From: Lingula anatina
Lineage: Eukaryota; Animalia; Brachiopoda
NCBI GenBank assembly: GCA_051362555.1
Contig: CM120643.1
Coordinates: forward strand, 13,924,644 to 13,988,643
DNA: 64,000 bases
Direction: 5' to 3'
In this document: positions 26,827 through 39,273 of the stretch, piece by piece
Position numbering within the stretch: the stretch's first letter is position 1
How the letters are laid out: every line of letters starts with the position of its first letter
The notes under the pieces: generated by a model
The model's input: only the letters and a program-made list of their open reading frames with translations
What the model was told of the DNA's origin: nothing
The model's database searches: none
Position numbers and translations under genes: made by a program

Positions 26827-29800
26827 GACGCACTACTTCCTGGCTGTTCTATGGATCTTCCAGCCCCCCCCCCCCCTTTCTCCTCCGCTGTGCCCTCACC
26901 AAGACTAGAAAGCGTGGTCCAGTAGTTATCGTAGACTGAAGATGCATAGTGTCACATCTTTTTATAACAAGCCCGGGAAATGTCTATTACAGTCAAATTT
27001 GGTATTTACAACTACTGTGCCACCATGATATAAAAACTGTTAATAAATTAGGAGGTGACATAGGTAGAACCATAACCAACAGATTAAGACATTTACTTTA
27101 GGTAAACAACTGCTGCAATACAGAAAGTTACTGTTATACATTACAAATTATCACGCTGCTTGGTAGCACATTTGTCACACTCACCACAGTGTCGCACCTG
27201 CCACAATTAACAAGCTGTTATAACTACCGCAGCATTCTCGTAACCACCTTGCTTCATGTATGCACTATTGCAATGTGAACTGTAATGAACATCCTCTCCC
27301 ATTTCTCCCCTCAGCCATGTTTATGCATTTGTGTGCCAAAAAAATAAAACAGGTGGTTTGAGGCATTGTTATCTGTAGAATAACAATTGATATTAGTGGC
27401 ACCCTTGATGTAAGTTGCTATTGCATCATAAATACTTAATCGCTTTATATGTCAAACTGCTATGAAAATGAAGATCATTCAGTTAGTTAGGGATTTTGAT
27501 TGTGTAAGATAACTTTATAAGAGGTTCTCTTTCAGAGTGTCATTGGTTGGAATAATAACAAATCAAACGTGACTATGGTTTTCTCTCCTATAGTTTTACG
27601 TACCTAATATGTGGTTTCAAAAGCCTTGCACAAGTAAGAACTGCCATTCTTTATGTGAAATGGTTTTACGCTTTGGAATATTTATTGACAGTTCCCGGGC
27701 TTGGGTCAGAGCAACAGTGAGACCGAAATTATTTAATTTATCGGCTGTATAGAAAAGTGATAGATTGTGTCATTGTCTGCCTGTTTATGATGTCATTCTA
27801 TATTATTATCAATGATGAATATATAATTAAGCTTATTATTATTATAGTGAAACTTCTTTGCAGAGGAGATTGTAAGATAGCAGCTTTCACATTTGCTCCT
27901 TAAGTTTGAAATGAGATACACTGCAGATATGAACTTCAGTGTTTTCTCAGTTAATGCACAAGTGAATTAAGAATTACATCACAGTTTTCCCCCCAATTTC
28001 CAAAGAAAAATTTATTCCATGAACTTTTTCACAAAATACATGCTTTTGAATGAAAGCAGAACTAAAAAATGTCAGTTTGATTTTGGGGTTATTCCCAAAG
28101 GTCAAAGTTGCTGTGTCACATGGACAGAAAAAGTTTATTGATAGAAAACTATGATATTTCTACCATAGATTCTCCATATATTTATGCTTAAGGTTTTTTT
28201 CAGTAAATTTCTGTAAAGTTGAAATATTCTTATGCTGTAAATATTGAAATACATTTTTGTTAAAAATTGTATTATTATCATTATTATATTAATATTATGC
28301 TAAGTACAGCCATGTCATGTCCGTAATGTGTTCAGCTTCAACCAAGCCAGTAGAATAGATGAGAACCAAAGTCTTGTTTGTAGTGAACATGTGGAAGAAT
28401 ACCCCAACAGATATCTATAAATATCTGTATTGGATATTCCTAGTCACACCAATTGATTAAGTTGGTAGCTGTACAGTCGGTGTACTAGCTATAGGGAATT
28501 ACTTTTGGCATGCATATTTCATACTCTAAATATTAACTTTTTTTTGTTATCAATTACGTCACTGTTTCTACATGTTATTACAAAGCTACTTGTATAGTGA
28601 CATTTTTGAAAATTTGTCTAAATTTTTTTCCTCATTGGAAAAATATGATTTTGGTTGGTCAAATTCCTAAAATTGAGAATGCCTTTTGTCAGAGAAATGT
28701 GATCCTATGTTATCTGATAGATAAATCATATTTCCAATGCTGATTGTAATCAAGTTGGTGGATGCACAGTGTTTCTTAAAGGAAATATCATAGGGCACGG
28801 AAAATGTTGCAGAAATGCAAGTGGATTTGAATGAATAATGGTTCTTAGTGATAGCCAAAACTAAATTACTCGTTGTAATACCAAGCATCTGCCAAATTGA
28901 GTACAGTTACCATTGAATTGGGTAAATGGTTCTGTAATGGTCGATTTAAATGCACCTACATCAATGTTCTCCATGCCTGATGCTGCTTAAGTGGCCAACA
29001 ATTAAGTTATGTCTGTTGTTTTGTATGCTGCAGTGATATATTTGATTACTGACTGAAATTTGTACTAGTTGTTTGTTATACTAACACTGTAGAAATAAAA
29101 AAGAAATGGGTCCATGCACGAAAAATAGGAAAAGGTAAGAAAGCTGAATAGGGGCTTGACCCTTGTGCTTAGGCACTCAAAATGAATAGATATATTCTTT
29201 TATCTATTGTGTCACAAAAGAATAACACCTGATGCCAAATTATATCAGATCTGTATTTGTAGTGATTAGAAAAGTACATGGACACTGAAGTTTACCTTTT
29301 TAATTCACTTCAATATTGACTGTGTGTTAGAGTTAAAAATTTCACGTCCAATGCTAGTGAATAATTATATGTCTTGAGTAAGAGAAAATTTTGAAAAATT
29401 CCATTTACATTGCCTCTGGTATAAGGTGAAGCAGATATACCCCCCTTGATAATAGATGTAACCTGTATTTAAAAAATAATTCAGCGCAAGATGTGTCACA
29501 TAGTATTGAATCATTTTGATTAGAAATGGTTGTTATTTCAACAAAAGGGCTGTACATCTGTTTAGAGATTAATTGTGTCATTCAAAAGATGTGTCAAGGT
29601 TATTTAACTGTGTGATGTACGTCTTATAATGGTCTGTGTTAATTGTGACAGGACAGGAGGGTAAATATTTTCTGAGGTCCACAGTAGCATATTTTTCACC
29701 TCATCTCAGTGATATGGCAAAACACTACTGGAGTATTTTTTCATTTTTTTAGCAAACTTGAAATGCATTGACTTTTTGGTGAAGAGCGTTTATGATAGCC

Positions 29801-30725
29801 TTGGTCTTGCTTGTAGCTCTGCATGGCAATATTTTGGGTACTAGAATTAATTGCTCAAATGATACACAAATTTGATCTTCTTGCAAAACTGGCATTTAAT
29901 CCAAAGATAATGGCTAATTTTCACAAATATCACCACTAAGATGATTTTAAGCCCAATCATTTCTACGGTTTATCTTGAAAGGTTTTTCAGATTTTACAAG
30001 AGAGATCAATTTTGGTCACAAGTGCCTCAGTATCTTTTCTTTCTTGTTATGTGGAAAAAGCAGTTAAATCTAAAATTTCATTAGATTTAACAAGCACCTA
30101 AAATGTAAGAGCCCATAAATCTATGTATATTTTCCCCTGTGCTTTAGTGTATCACCATTGGACTTGTAGCCAACAATTTCATAGAGTTGGGGGAGGGGGG
30201 GGCTGTTTCTAAAAAAAGGGGAGTCCAACCTTTTACCATGCGACCTTTATCATGTACCTGGAACAAAAATTAAAAAATTTACCCAGATCAGACCTTTTTC
30301 TTTTGACCCCCCCCCCCCCCCCCCCAAAAAAAAAAAAAAAAAAAAAACTCACTACAGGTCAGACAATACAGAAACATTTGTGTACTACCACAAATAGTGC
30401 ATGTGCCTGAAATAGGCTTTTGGTCTTTCTTTTAAAGTCACAGTTATGCAAAAAGAATGTTATTTGATGACCATTTATTAAGTTATTTTCCCACCAATTA
30501 GCATCTTAATCCATCCATTAATTTATTTTCAGTATACCTTGCATTTAGAGAACTGATGTGGACATGCATTCATATTTGACTTCTTTAAGTACTTAATTTT
30601 CTGTGAAACAAAAATAGGCATAATTACATAATTCTGGAATCAGATGTCTTCAAAAACTTCCTGAAGATAACTGTGCAAAGATCACAAGCTTACTCTTTGA
30701 CATCCTGATTGACTTTAATTAGATT

Positions 30726-30757
<32 letters not shown>

Positions 30758-31794
30758 TTTGTATTGGAAAAAATTTCGGTGGAATTTCTTGTAGTCCTCT
30801 CAACCAGTATTCCTCGACAAATCCTAAAATGTTTGAATACTTCCAATTTATGTAATAATGTGAAGAAGAACGTCAATGTATGTTCAAACATATTGTGAAA
30901 TGAGAAATAACTAGGATCCAGCAAAAAGCCAGTTATACTATTGATAAAAACTGTTTTAACTTTGCCCATACCAAATTATCTACTGCAGGTGAAACTAACA
31001 TCTTTTAGTGTTGCAAGGGTTGGGAGTTTGTTAATTGGTTCATAATAAGCAGTCCAAGTGCTTGCATCATACTGTATCCAGTGTGAGTTTAAATTTTTTC
31101 CCTATTTGTAATTTTTTTTCATTCAGCTTATCATAGGTTCTCAGTGTTTGACTTTTGGCATTTGTGTGCTTTATTTGTATAGCTGTAGTTAAGCATAATT
31201 GAAGCTATGAAGCCAGCTGTTCAAGGACCTGTAATTACTAAAGGTAAAAAAAGATGGACTGTATGACGGAGAATGAAATTGCTGCCAATAAAAGATGTAA
31301 AAATTACCAAATGTTTAGTTAATTTCTGGAAACTTATTTTTCAATTTTAGCTGTTTAATTGTTTTCCGGGTTGGTTGAAGATTTTTGTTTTATGTCCAAG
31401 TAGATACTGTAAAATTCCAATGTTTCAAACTTAATTGTGTTTACAATAATAAATCTAACATGTAAAGCAATTTTTCCAACATTAAATAATGCCACTTGAC
31501 ATATTAGTCACTCAGTAGCTACGTGTTACCTTTGAAAGCATGAAAGTATGCTCTTTGACTCAATTTGACCCGACTATTTTAAGTAATTTAGTTGCGTTAT
31601 GTGGTCTATAACACGTCCGCGTAATCTGTTTGTCCTGTCTACTGGCATCGTTTACATCTACTACACCCGATGGCTGATCTGACACGGCTTTGGTAGGTTG
31701 AGCCCATTATGCATTAAATTTTATAAAACGGAATCCAATGAGCTAAGAAGTGGCTCATGTTTTAGTGCGACTCAATTTTAGCATGATACTCGTG

Positions 31795-32107
31795 GACCGT
31801 TCAGATTTAGAAGAGCCGAGTGCTAGTAAGGCTGCGACCTAAATATGGCGGGCCTACATGAAAGGAAGACCGCTTAATCCTGTAATGGTCTCTTCACCTC
31901 TCACACGCCTCCCCACGCATCGTCCTTGCAGGGGCACAGTAATTAAATCTCGGCTCAATGCAACCGGTCGAGGGACAACGCGTGGGGAGGCGTGTGAGAG
32001 GCGGAGAGACCATTACAGGATTAAGCGGTCTTTATTTCATGTAGGTCTGTCATATTTAGGTACCGGCCCCACTAGCACTTGGCTCTTCTCAATCTGAATG
32101 GTCCCTT
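31795..32107. mobile_element. Long-palindrome MITE upstream of the oxidase gene
   Basis: ~135-bp imperfect inverted arms (ggaccgttcaga...gcctccccacgc / gcgtggggaggc...tctgaatggtcc); a half copy occurs at ~44291-44458. Confidence 0.8.
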
Positions 32108-32771
32108 ATTCTGTGTTTTGCCGTGAAGCAAGCAAAGTGAAGTGGACGGCAATGGTGGGTTAAGTCACGTACTGGTACACATGTACGCCAATATGTCACC
32201 AAAATATTGTATTTCCTTTTCATGGGACTCTAACATGCCATTTTTCCGAAGACACTTATATTTAGCAACGTTCTTCCATGTGATCGCGGTTTCCCCGTTC
32301 TGAGAATATAAAAGGAGTCAGAATCGTGTTCCAAGTCCTGCCCCACCTGTGCAAATGCATCGATTGAAGATTCAGTGATGATTACATGTAGTTCTGACCT
32401 AATTCCACAACACGCAGGCAGACATGTACAGGTCTTAGCAGATTTCGAGAAATATCGGTAAAAGAGACTTGTTACCGTCGGACAAGGCCAAACCAAAACA
32501 AAACAGGCCCAACCCCAGGTCCCCACGTGTTCAGCGTACACGCTGCGGTGACGCCAGTGCAGTGGTGGTGCAATAAAACGGAATACGCGGTCACGATTCA
32601 AAGTAAGTATACGTATGCTAGCATGAAATTTGTATGCCTTAGCGCTCTTATTTACGGTCTGTGATATGTAGCACTAAGCCGACTACTATTTGTGCATCAT
32701 GAAAGATACGTCCCTGTACATATGGCTGTACTACAGGATTTTTTTTATTTCTCTTTGTAACAGCAAACCCA

Positions 32772-33610
32772 ATGGTGAAGATTGCTGTAGTTGGAGCTGG
32801 CATACTAGGCCTCTCCTCGGCCGTGCAGATTCAGGCAGCTGTTCCCAACGCCAGGGTAACTGTGATAGCAGACAAATTTGCCAAGAATACCACCAGTGAT
32901 GGAGCAGCTGGCGTGTTTAGACCCACCCTGGACCTAATAAAAGCAGACCCAGAACTTGTCAGGTAGCTTTCCTGTGCAGGAGAGGCAATGTTGCCTCAGT
33001 TTTCAGCCTTACACCTGGTTAAGGTTACCGTGAACATGTAAGGCTGAAAACGGAGGCAAGAGGCAATGTAGCTACTATATACTATAGCTGCTTTCAAGCA
33101 CTTGTCAGGTATTAATTAAAATTAAGTTGATCTAAACAGATTCGATCAATATTGTTTTCATATGTTTTATTGAGTATTTTACAACTTTTAGTCCCTGTGC
33201 TCTTAATCTTAAAACATAAAACTTCATTTTTAAAAGAAAACTTGTTTTAATGATTTTTTAAAGATGAAATATTGTAAAATGAAATTAACAAGGTAACTTT
33301 AAATTCAGTTTGATTGGATTTCAGTTTAATTAATTTGATTGTTTTAATATCTTTAAGAATAGTTAAACTGGTATAATTTTAATACAAACTATCACACGAT
33401 GTTGTTATTTTTTGTTCCAGACAGTGGAGTCAAGATGGATGGGATTTTTATAGCTCGGTTGCTAAGTCTTCAGACTCCGCAGAGGCTGGGATACATCTGA
33501 TATCAGGGTTCCAAGTCTTCAATCAACCAAGAGAGGTAGAGAGTGACATGGCTTTTGTCATATTTTTGTTTGCTTTCTTGTGTATGGATAATGCAAGTCT
33601 GTAGCCAGCA

Positions 33611-33656
<46 letters not shown>

Positions 33657-36268
33657 TTGGGGGAGAAGGCAAAAGTGAACCTTTTTACTGTGAAACCTTT
33701 ATTGTGCTAATAGAACCTGATCAAATTTTGATTCAGAGAGGACCTTTTGTTGTCCAAAAAGATGATTGTATTTCTTTCTAAATCCTCCCCACAAACCTCC
33801 CCTGCCTATACAGACCTGTAAGTTTTTCAGCATACAGCTGATGTTAATAGAATGGTGTGTTTTTATTTAAGTCAAATAAATACATAAATTTATCAGCTGA
33901 TTCAATTCAGCAGTTATTATTATGGATAATAAATGTTGTCCATGTTGTGGCCTTATGTATGATTAACAAGGTCATATGTGTGCCTCATCTTGAGGTTTAG
34001 ATGTGACTTTTTTTATCAAACTATAGCTGAAGTACCACTTTATATTTGTGGTAGATATTTGATATTCACTGAATTTGAATTCAACATTCCACATTAGTAA
34101 TTTACATGTTATTACTTAATTTATAATTATTAAAATTGTATAATATTCCTTTGCCTGTTCTTTTCGGAAACATGTTTACATATAAAAATATGAATATAAA
34201 AACTATCAAAGTGATTACAGAGAGCCATGTTATCTTAAAAAAGTTGTTGATAAAAATGACAGATGCCCAGAATTTCATGTTTTTTCAGAGGCCAATATAC
34301 CATGACATAGTGTACCATTTCCGAGATATGACTCCTCAGGAACTGCAGCATATTCCAGGAAATTTCAGGTAATCACTGTCATATCTATATTCTTACTAGC
34401 GATGGAGAAACATCAAGTATCATAGGCCCCATTCAGAATAGGGGACTTACTAGTCCGAGGGTCAAATATGGCTGACCTACTTGAATACTTCCTCACAGGG
34501 AATCTATTCAGTGTCTATTAGCGGATTAGAGGGCAAGCTTTGTATTGGGTCGCCATATTTGGTTCCCTATTCTGAATGGGGTCTTAGTTACAAAACAAAG
34601 GATAATGGCTCTATCATTTCAACCGAGACAAATTACCAATTTTTCAGAAAAATAAATTTGAAATGATTATCAACACATTTTTATGTTGCATTTTGGTGCT
34701 TTTACTTTAAGAATGGAAGTCTGCTTTTCAATTGTGCTGCTGCCACTCAATAGCAATGTTGCAATTTTAGGAATTTATTCGGTAAAAAACACATAAATTG
34801 TAAAATTCACAATTTTCCCAGTTGAAATGATCGAGCGATTACTGTACTGTCATATTCTACAACTATGGTCATCTTTGAAACAAGTTTATGAATAGCACAT
34901 CATGTAGTATAACTAAGCTTGGTAAGATTCATACAATCATGGTAACATGCATTGTGCATGTAGTACTGTGAATATTGTCTTGTATTCATTTAAAGCTTAA
35001 AAATATGTGGTCACACCTTTATTTTTGTTATTTTAATTGTGCACATGTAGGTACGGCTGGTTCTGCACTACACTGTGTATAGAGAGCAGGTGGTTTCTAC
35101 CTTGGCTTATGAGAAAGTAAGTTAATCAAGAAAATATGTTTAATGCATTGGCTCTTGAAACAAGATTAATTGTTTGTTAAATGATTTTGCAGTTTATTCA
35201 CCCTTCTCTTTTAAAAAAGACATAAAAGATTAATGAAGTGAATCAGAATTTGTATTTTTTACAGTTTTCGTCAGTTGTTTAGTAATCTGAATTTATTACT
35301 GAAATTGATATTTAATTCAGACATATTTTGTAGATTTCGGTTGAATGGTGGACAAGTTGAGCACAGAACACTGCACAGTTTAGCAGAGGTATCATCAGTT
35401 GCTGTTTTTTGTAACCTGTCAATAATCCCAACTTAACTTCTTGAAATTGAAACAAAATACTTTTAGGCTTATTTCAGTGTTTATGTATAAACATATGTTT
35501 TTATAGTATTACCTGATTAGGTGAAAGTCAAATGCAAATACAGTATATGCTTTTAAAAGGATGAAATACTATGCTTCTTGCATGTTTTACTGCGGCAATT
35601 TATATTGATGTAGGAAATGCTGTTTATCACAGGAAAATGGCAGCATTGCTTTTAAAAATAAGTTTTTGGCAGGAAAATCGTTGCTTGAAATTTAGTATAC
35701 TGTTGAAAGTAAAAAAAATGGGGATAAATATGTTAAAGTTGACATCAGATATTTTAAAAAGGAATAGTATTTAACTTTCATGTAATATTTCCCTTCTTAT
35801 ATATTTTATTTATAAATTGGAAGTTACCCACTTGAATATGTATGATTTTTTTTTACAGTTAGCAGACACGTATGATCTGGTGGTCAACTGTAGTGGACTG
35901 AGGGCAAAGACGTTAGTTAATGACCACAAGATGTACCCAGCAAGAGGACAGATGCTAAGAGTAAGTGTCTGTCTATGTATGACTTTGGTTGGGTAATACT
36001 GGATTCAGATCAAATTAAATTGTATTCATTTAAAATATGCATCCCAGACTAACGACAAGAGACATCTGAAATGCTAAATTTTAACTAATCATGGCATGAT
36101 GGGATGGTTATTTGTGAAAATAACACATATTTTGCTATAATTGTTTTTGTGATTACAATTGTAGTACAAAAGTTCGGTAATATTACATAAATACTGATTT
36201 CCAGTTTTTAAAAAACCTATATGTTGCTTTTGATTACATTGATATTTATGCATAAAATGTTGTTTGTG

Positions 36269-36341
<73 letters not shown>

Positions 36342-37607
36342 AATATTGAAATAATATGATTCATTTGTTCATTTGTCTGATGCCAAAAATGCATCTATGC
36401 GAGTACTTGTAATTTCAGGTTGAGGCCCCATGGCAGACACATTTTATCTATGATCTTGACTCAGGTCCTTATATTATACCCTGGTAAGTGATGAAGCTTG
36501 TTGCTGAACTGAAAGGAAGTGACAGTGATTATTAAAATTACAAGTGTCTACCAGTCATGCTTACATATTTTAATTACATTAAAATGTTAATAAACTGTCA
36601 GTCTTTTAATGGGCTATCAGTCAGCCTTTCTGCAAATTTATGAATAATTTATATATTTGGACTGATTATCAGTTAAGCTGTTCCCAAACCAATAAGTACA
36701 TTAATTCATGTCTGAGGGACTTTGCAGACTCGGCAAGACATCAAGATGTTACAACCTTAATTATGTATGTTTGACTCTACTGGTAAGATTTTTTGTATGC
36801 ATCCCTTTTCAAAAACAATTGCATTTTGACATTTCGTTTCATATGAAAAATTCAATGTCCATTCAAATTTATCCAGACTTTTATTTGCAGTGCAGGCAAT
36901 GTGGTTGTTGGTGGACAACGTCAAGTCGGAAACTTCAATCCAGAGAAAGATCCAAAAGATACCCAGAATCTGTGGGAATGGGGAACTCAGTTATCCCCAA
37001 GCCTAAAGGTATCTTAATATAAGCAAGATCTTGATATAAGCCATATACTAAAAAAAATCTGGGAAAATCATTATTTTGAACAATTATAAAATAACCATAT
37101 GAGCCAAGGTAAATATTTTAACCAAATATTAATGGGCAATTCAACCACCTTTTTTGTATACACTGAAGATTTAGTTTTTCAATTTCATTTCATACATAGT
37201 GTTTCAATTTCATGTCTCTGAACTCTTTTGGTAGAGTATATAATTTCAGCAGTGGCGTGATTGACTTTATAACAGAAATAGCAAACCTACCAATATTCAA
37301 ATATTGTGCTGTGTGCCTTGTATTAGTATATGTAACTACATGTAAGAATGGGCAATTAAAATCAGTAAAAGTGTATACTTGCCCGCTTCTGTCTAACATG
37401 CCCACTTCTGTGATTCTTCTCTCTGAAACTAATCATGCTCTGATATGACTGAAAAATCATTGCCTTCCAGTCAGCCAAGTTGCTGTGGGAGTGGGTGGGG
37501 CTACGGCCCCATAGGGACCCCCCTCGTGTAGAAATGGAACTCCTGAAGTTGGGAAGCAGATCGTTAAGGGTAATCTGTCTTGTTTATCACCAACATCAAA
37601 TGGATGA

Positions 37608-37644
<37 letters not shown>

Positions 37645-37982
37645 TATAAAAGCAAAATATGGAGGTACTTGTACATATTGCTTATCGATAGTAATGAGCT
37701 AATTTAAAATGAATCAATTTGTTTTAAAGTTTAACCATACCAAAAGACTGTATACTTTCATGGAAGAGCATAAAAGCCAACAAGTTGTGTAAAAACAGAC
37801 AGTAAGACAAACATATTTTAATAAAAAGACCCTTTTATATTACACTTTTATTTTTCCAGGTAATCCACAACTATGGTCAGGGTGCCAATGGAATCACCCT
37901 GGGGTGGGGATGCTCAAAGCATGCCACGCGCCTGGTACTGGAGGCCCTCTCGCTGGAGAAAACCAAATCTTCAAAACTTTGA
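32772..37982 (+). CDS. DDO: D-aspartate oxidase / D-amino acid oxidase family flavoenzyme, peroxisomal
   Basis: Exons 32772-32962, 33421-33535, 34289-34368, 35051-35116, 35334-35388, 35859-35960, 36419-36483, 36891-37008, 37471-37569, 37860-37982. FAD-binding [57 protein letters not shown]-terminal PTS1 SKL*. DDO vs DAO assignment is tentative. Confidence 0.85.
34424..34586. mobile_element. Short MITE (cattcagaa-terminal family) in oxidase intron 3
   Basis: TIRs ggccccattcagaatagggga / tccctattctgaatggggtc; internal gggaatctattcagtgtcta shared with 45206-45396. Confidence 0.7.
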
Positions 37983-39273
37983 CCTTGTTGCAATATGCCT
38001 CTGCTAGTACCAGTCTACTTTTAATAAGCAGGATGTTGGGGACCTGATATATTTGGTTTGAATTTGGAAGTCCAATACACATGTGTATAAGGGTAAAATA
38101 TAGTCTGGTCTTCTAAAAAAAAACCCTATTGACTGTAACATTGACAGAGGGTGTTTAAAGTTGGCCAAAGGTGCAAAAATGGACAATTAATTAAACTTGG
38201 TCATCTATGACCGCATTCAGATTTACACATTGTACAAGCTAGGTTGGTCCAACTCTACGAGGGATTTTTGCTAAAGTGCAGTCATTGGAATCAGCTTAAT
38301 TGTCTGACACACTTCCTTGACCAGCTAGGGGGTAATTAACTATTGTGTGCTGATTCCACTGATTGAACTTCAGCGAGAATCACCCTCAGAGTTGGATAGA
38401 CCCAGTTAGTAGGATGTGGGAATATAAATGCACCCTATCTCTGTCTGATGATGACTTGTGTTGATGATTTATATTCATAAAGTTTTGCGATTTAATTGAC
38501 AACTTAACTTTTCAAAAATCAAATAAATTTATTGATTAAGGGACAATTACTCTATCAATTATAATAAATGAAACAGAATAATTTCAATAAACACTGTACA
38601 CACAGCGATGAAGTCTGCCACCTACCGGTATATATTTTTGTTTTGATTAGTCTTGGAAAAAATCACACAAATGGTCCCCTATGGAAATTATAATTTTGAG
38701 TAGCTGAATCATAGTTCTAAACCGGACCAAATGGTACCGCCCGCCCCCTAAAATACCAATTTTTTTCGAGGTCCTTCAGCGGGCCCCAAACCCCACGCCG
38801 GGGGGGGGGGGGGGGGGGGAGGTCGGTTAAAAAAGGACCCCCCCTTCAAACAATCCTGGATCCGCACTTGACCTTGGTGGATGCTTTGGGTAGATATTGC
38901 TTCATAGTAGCATAATTTGATGGGGAAAAAAACCGACACAACTTGCATTTTCATATTTGCAAAATTTCCGGCGTTAGCTAGGACTCGATAAAGAACCAGG
39001 ATGATGTTAAAAATCTACCTGTATTCTATCTACCTGTATCTACCTGTATTTACATTTACTGTATATGGGTGAGACCTAATTGAATCTTGACATACAGATA
39101 CTGGGCTACTTGACAAACAGATACTGAGCGTTCGTACATGTTGTATGTCGAATACAGCACGGAAGATCGAGTCTCTGGTTCTACTAGTTAGCTGTGGTTT
39201 AATCAATTGATGCAGTAACGTTACCTGAAATTTTATCATTCCCATTTTACTTCCAATCAGCGGAGGTGTTGCA

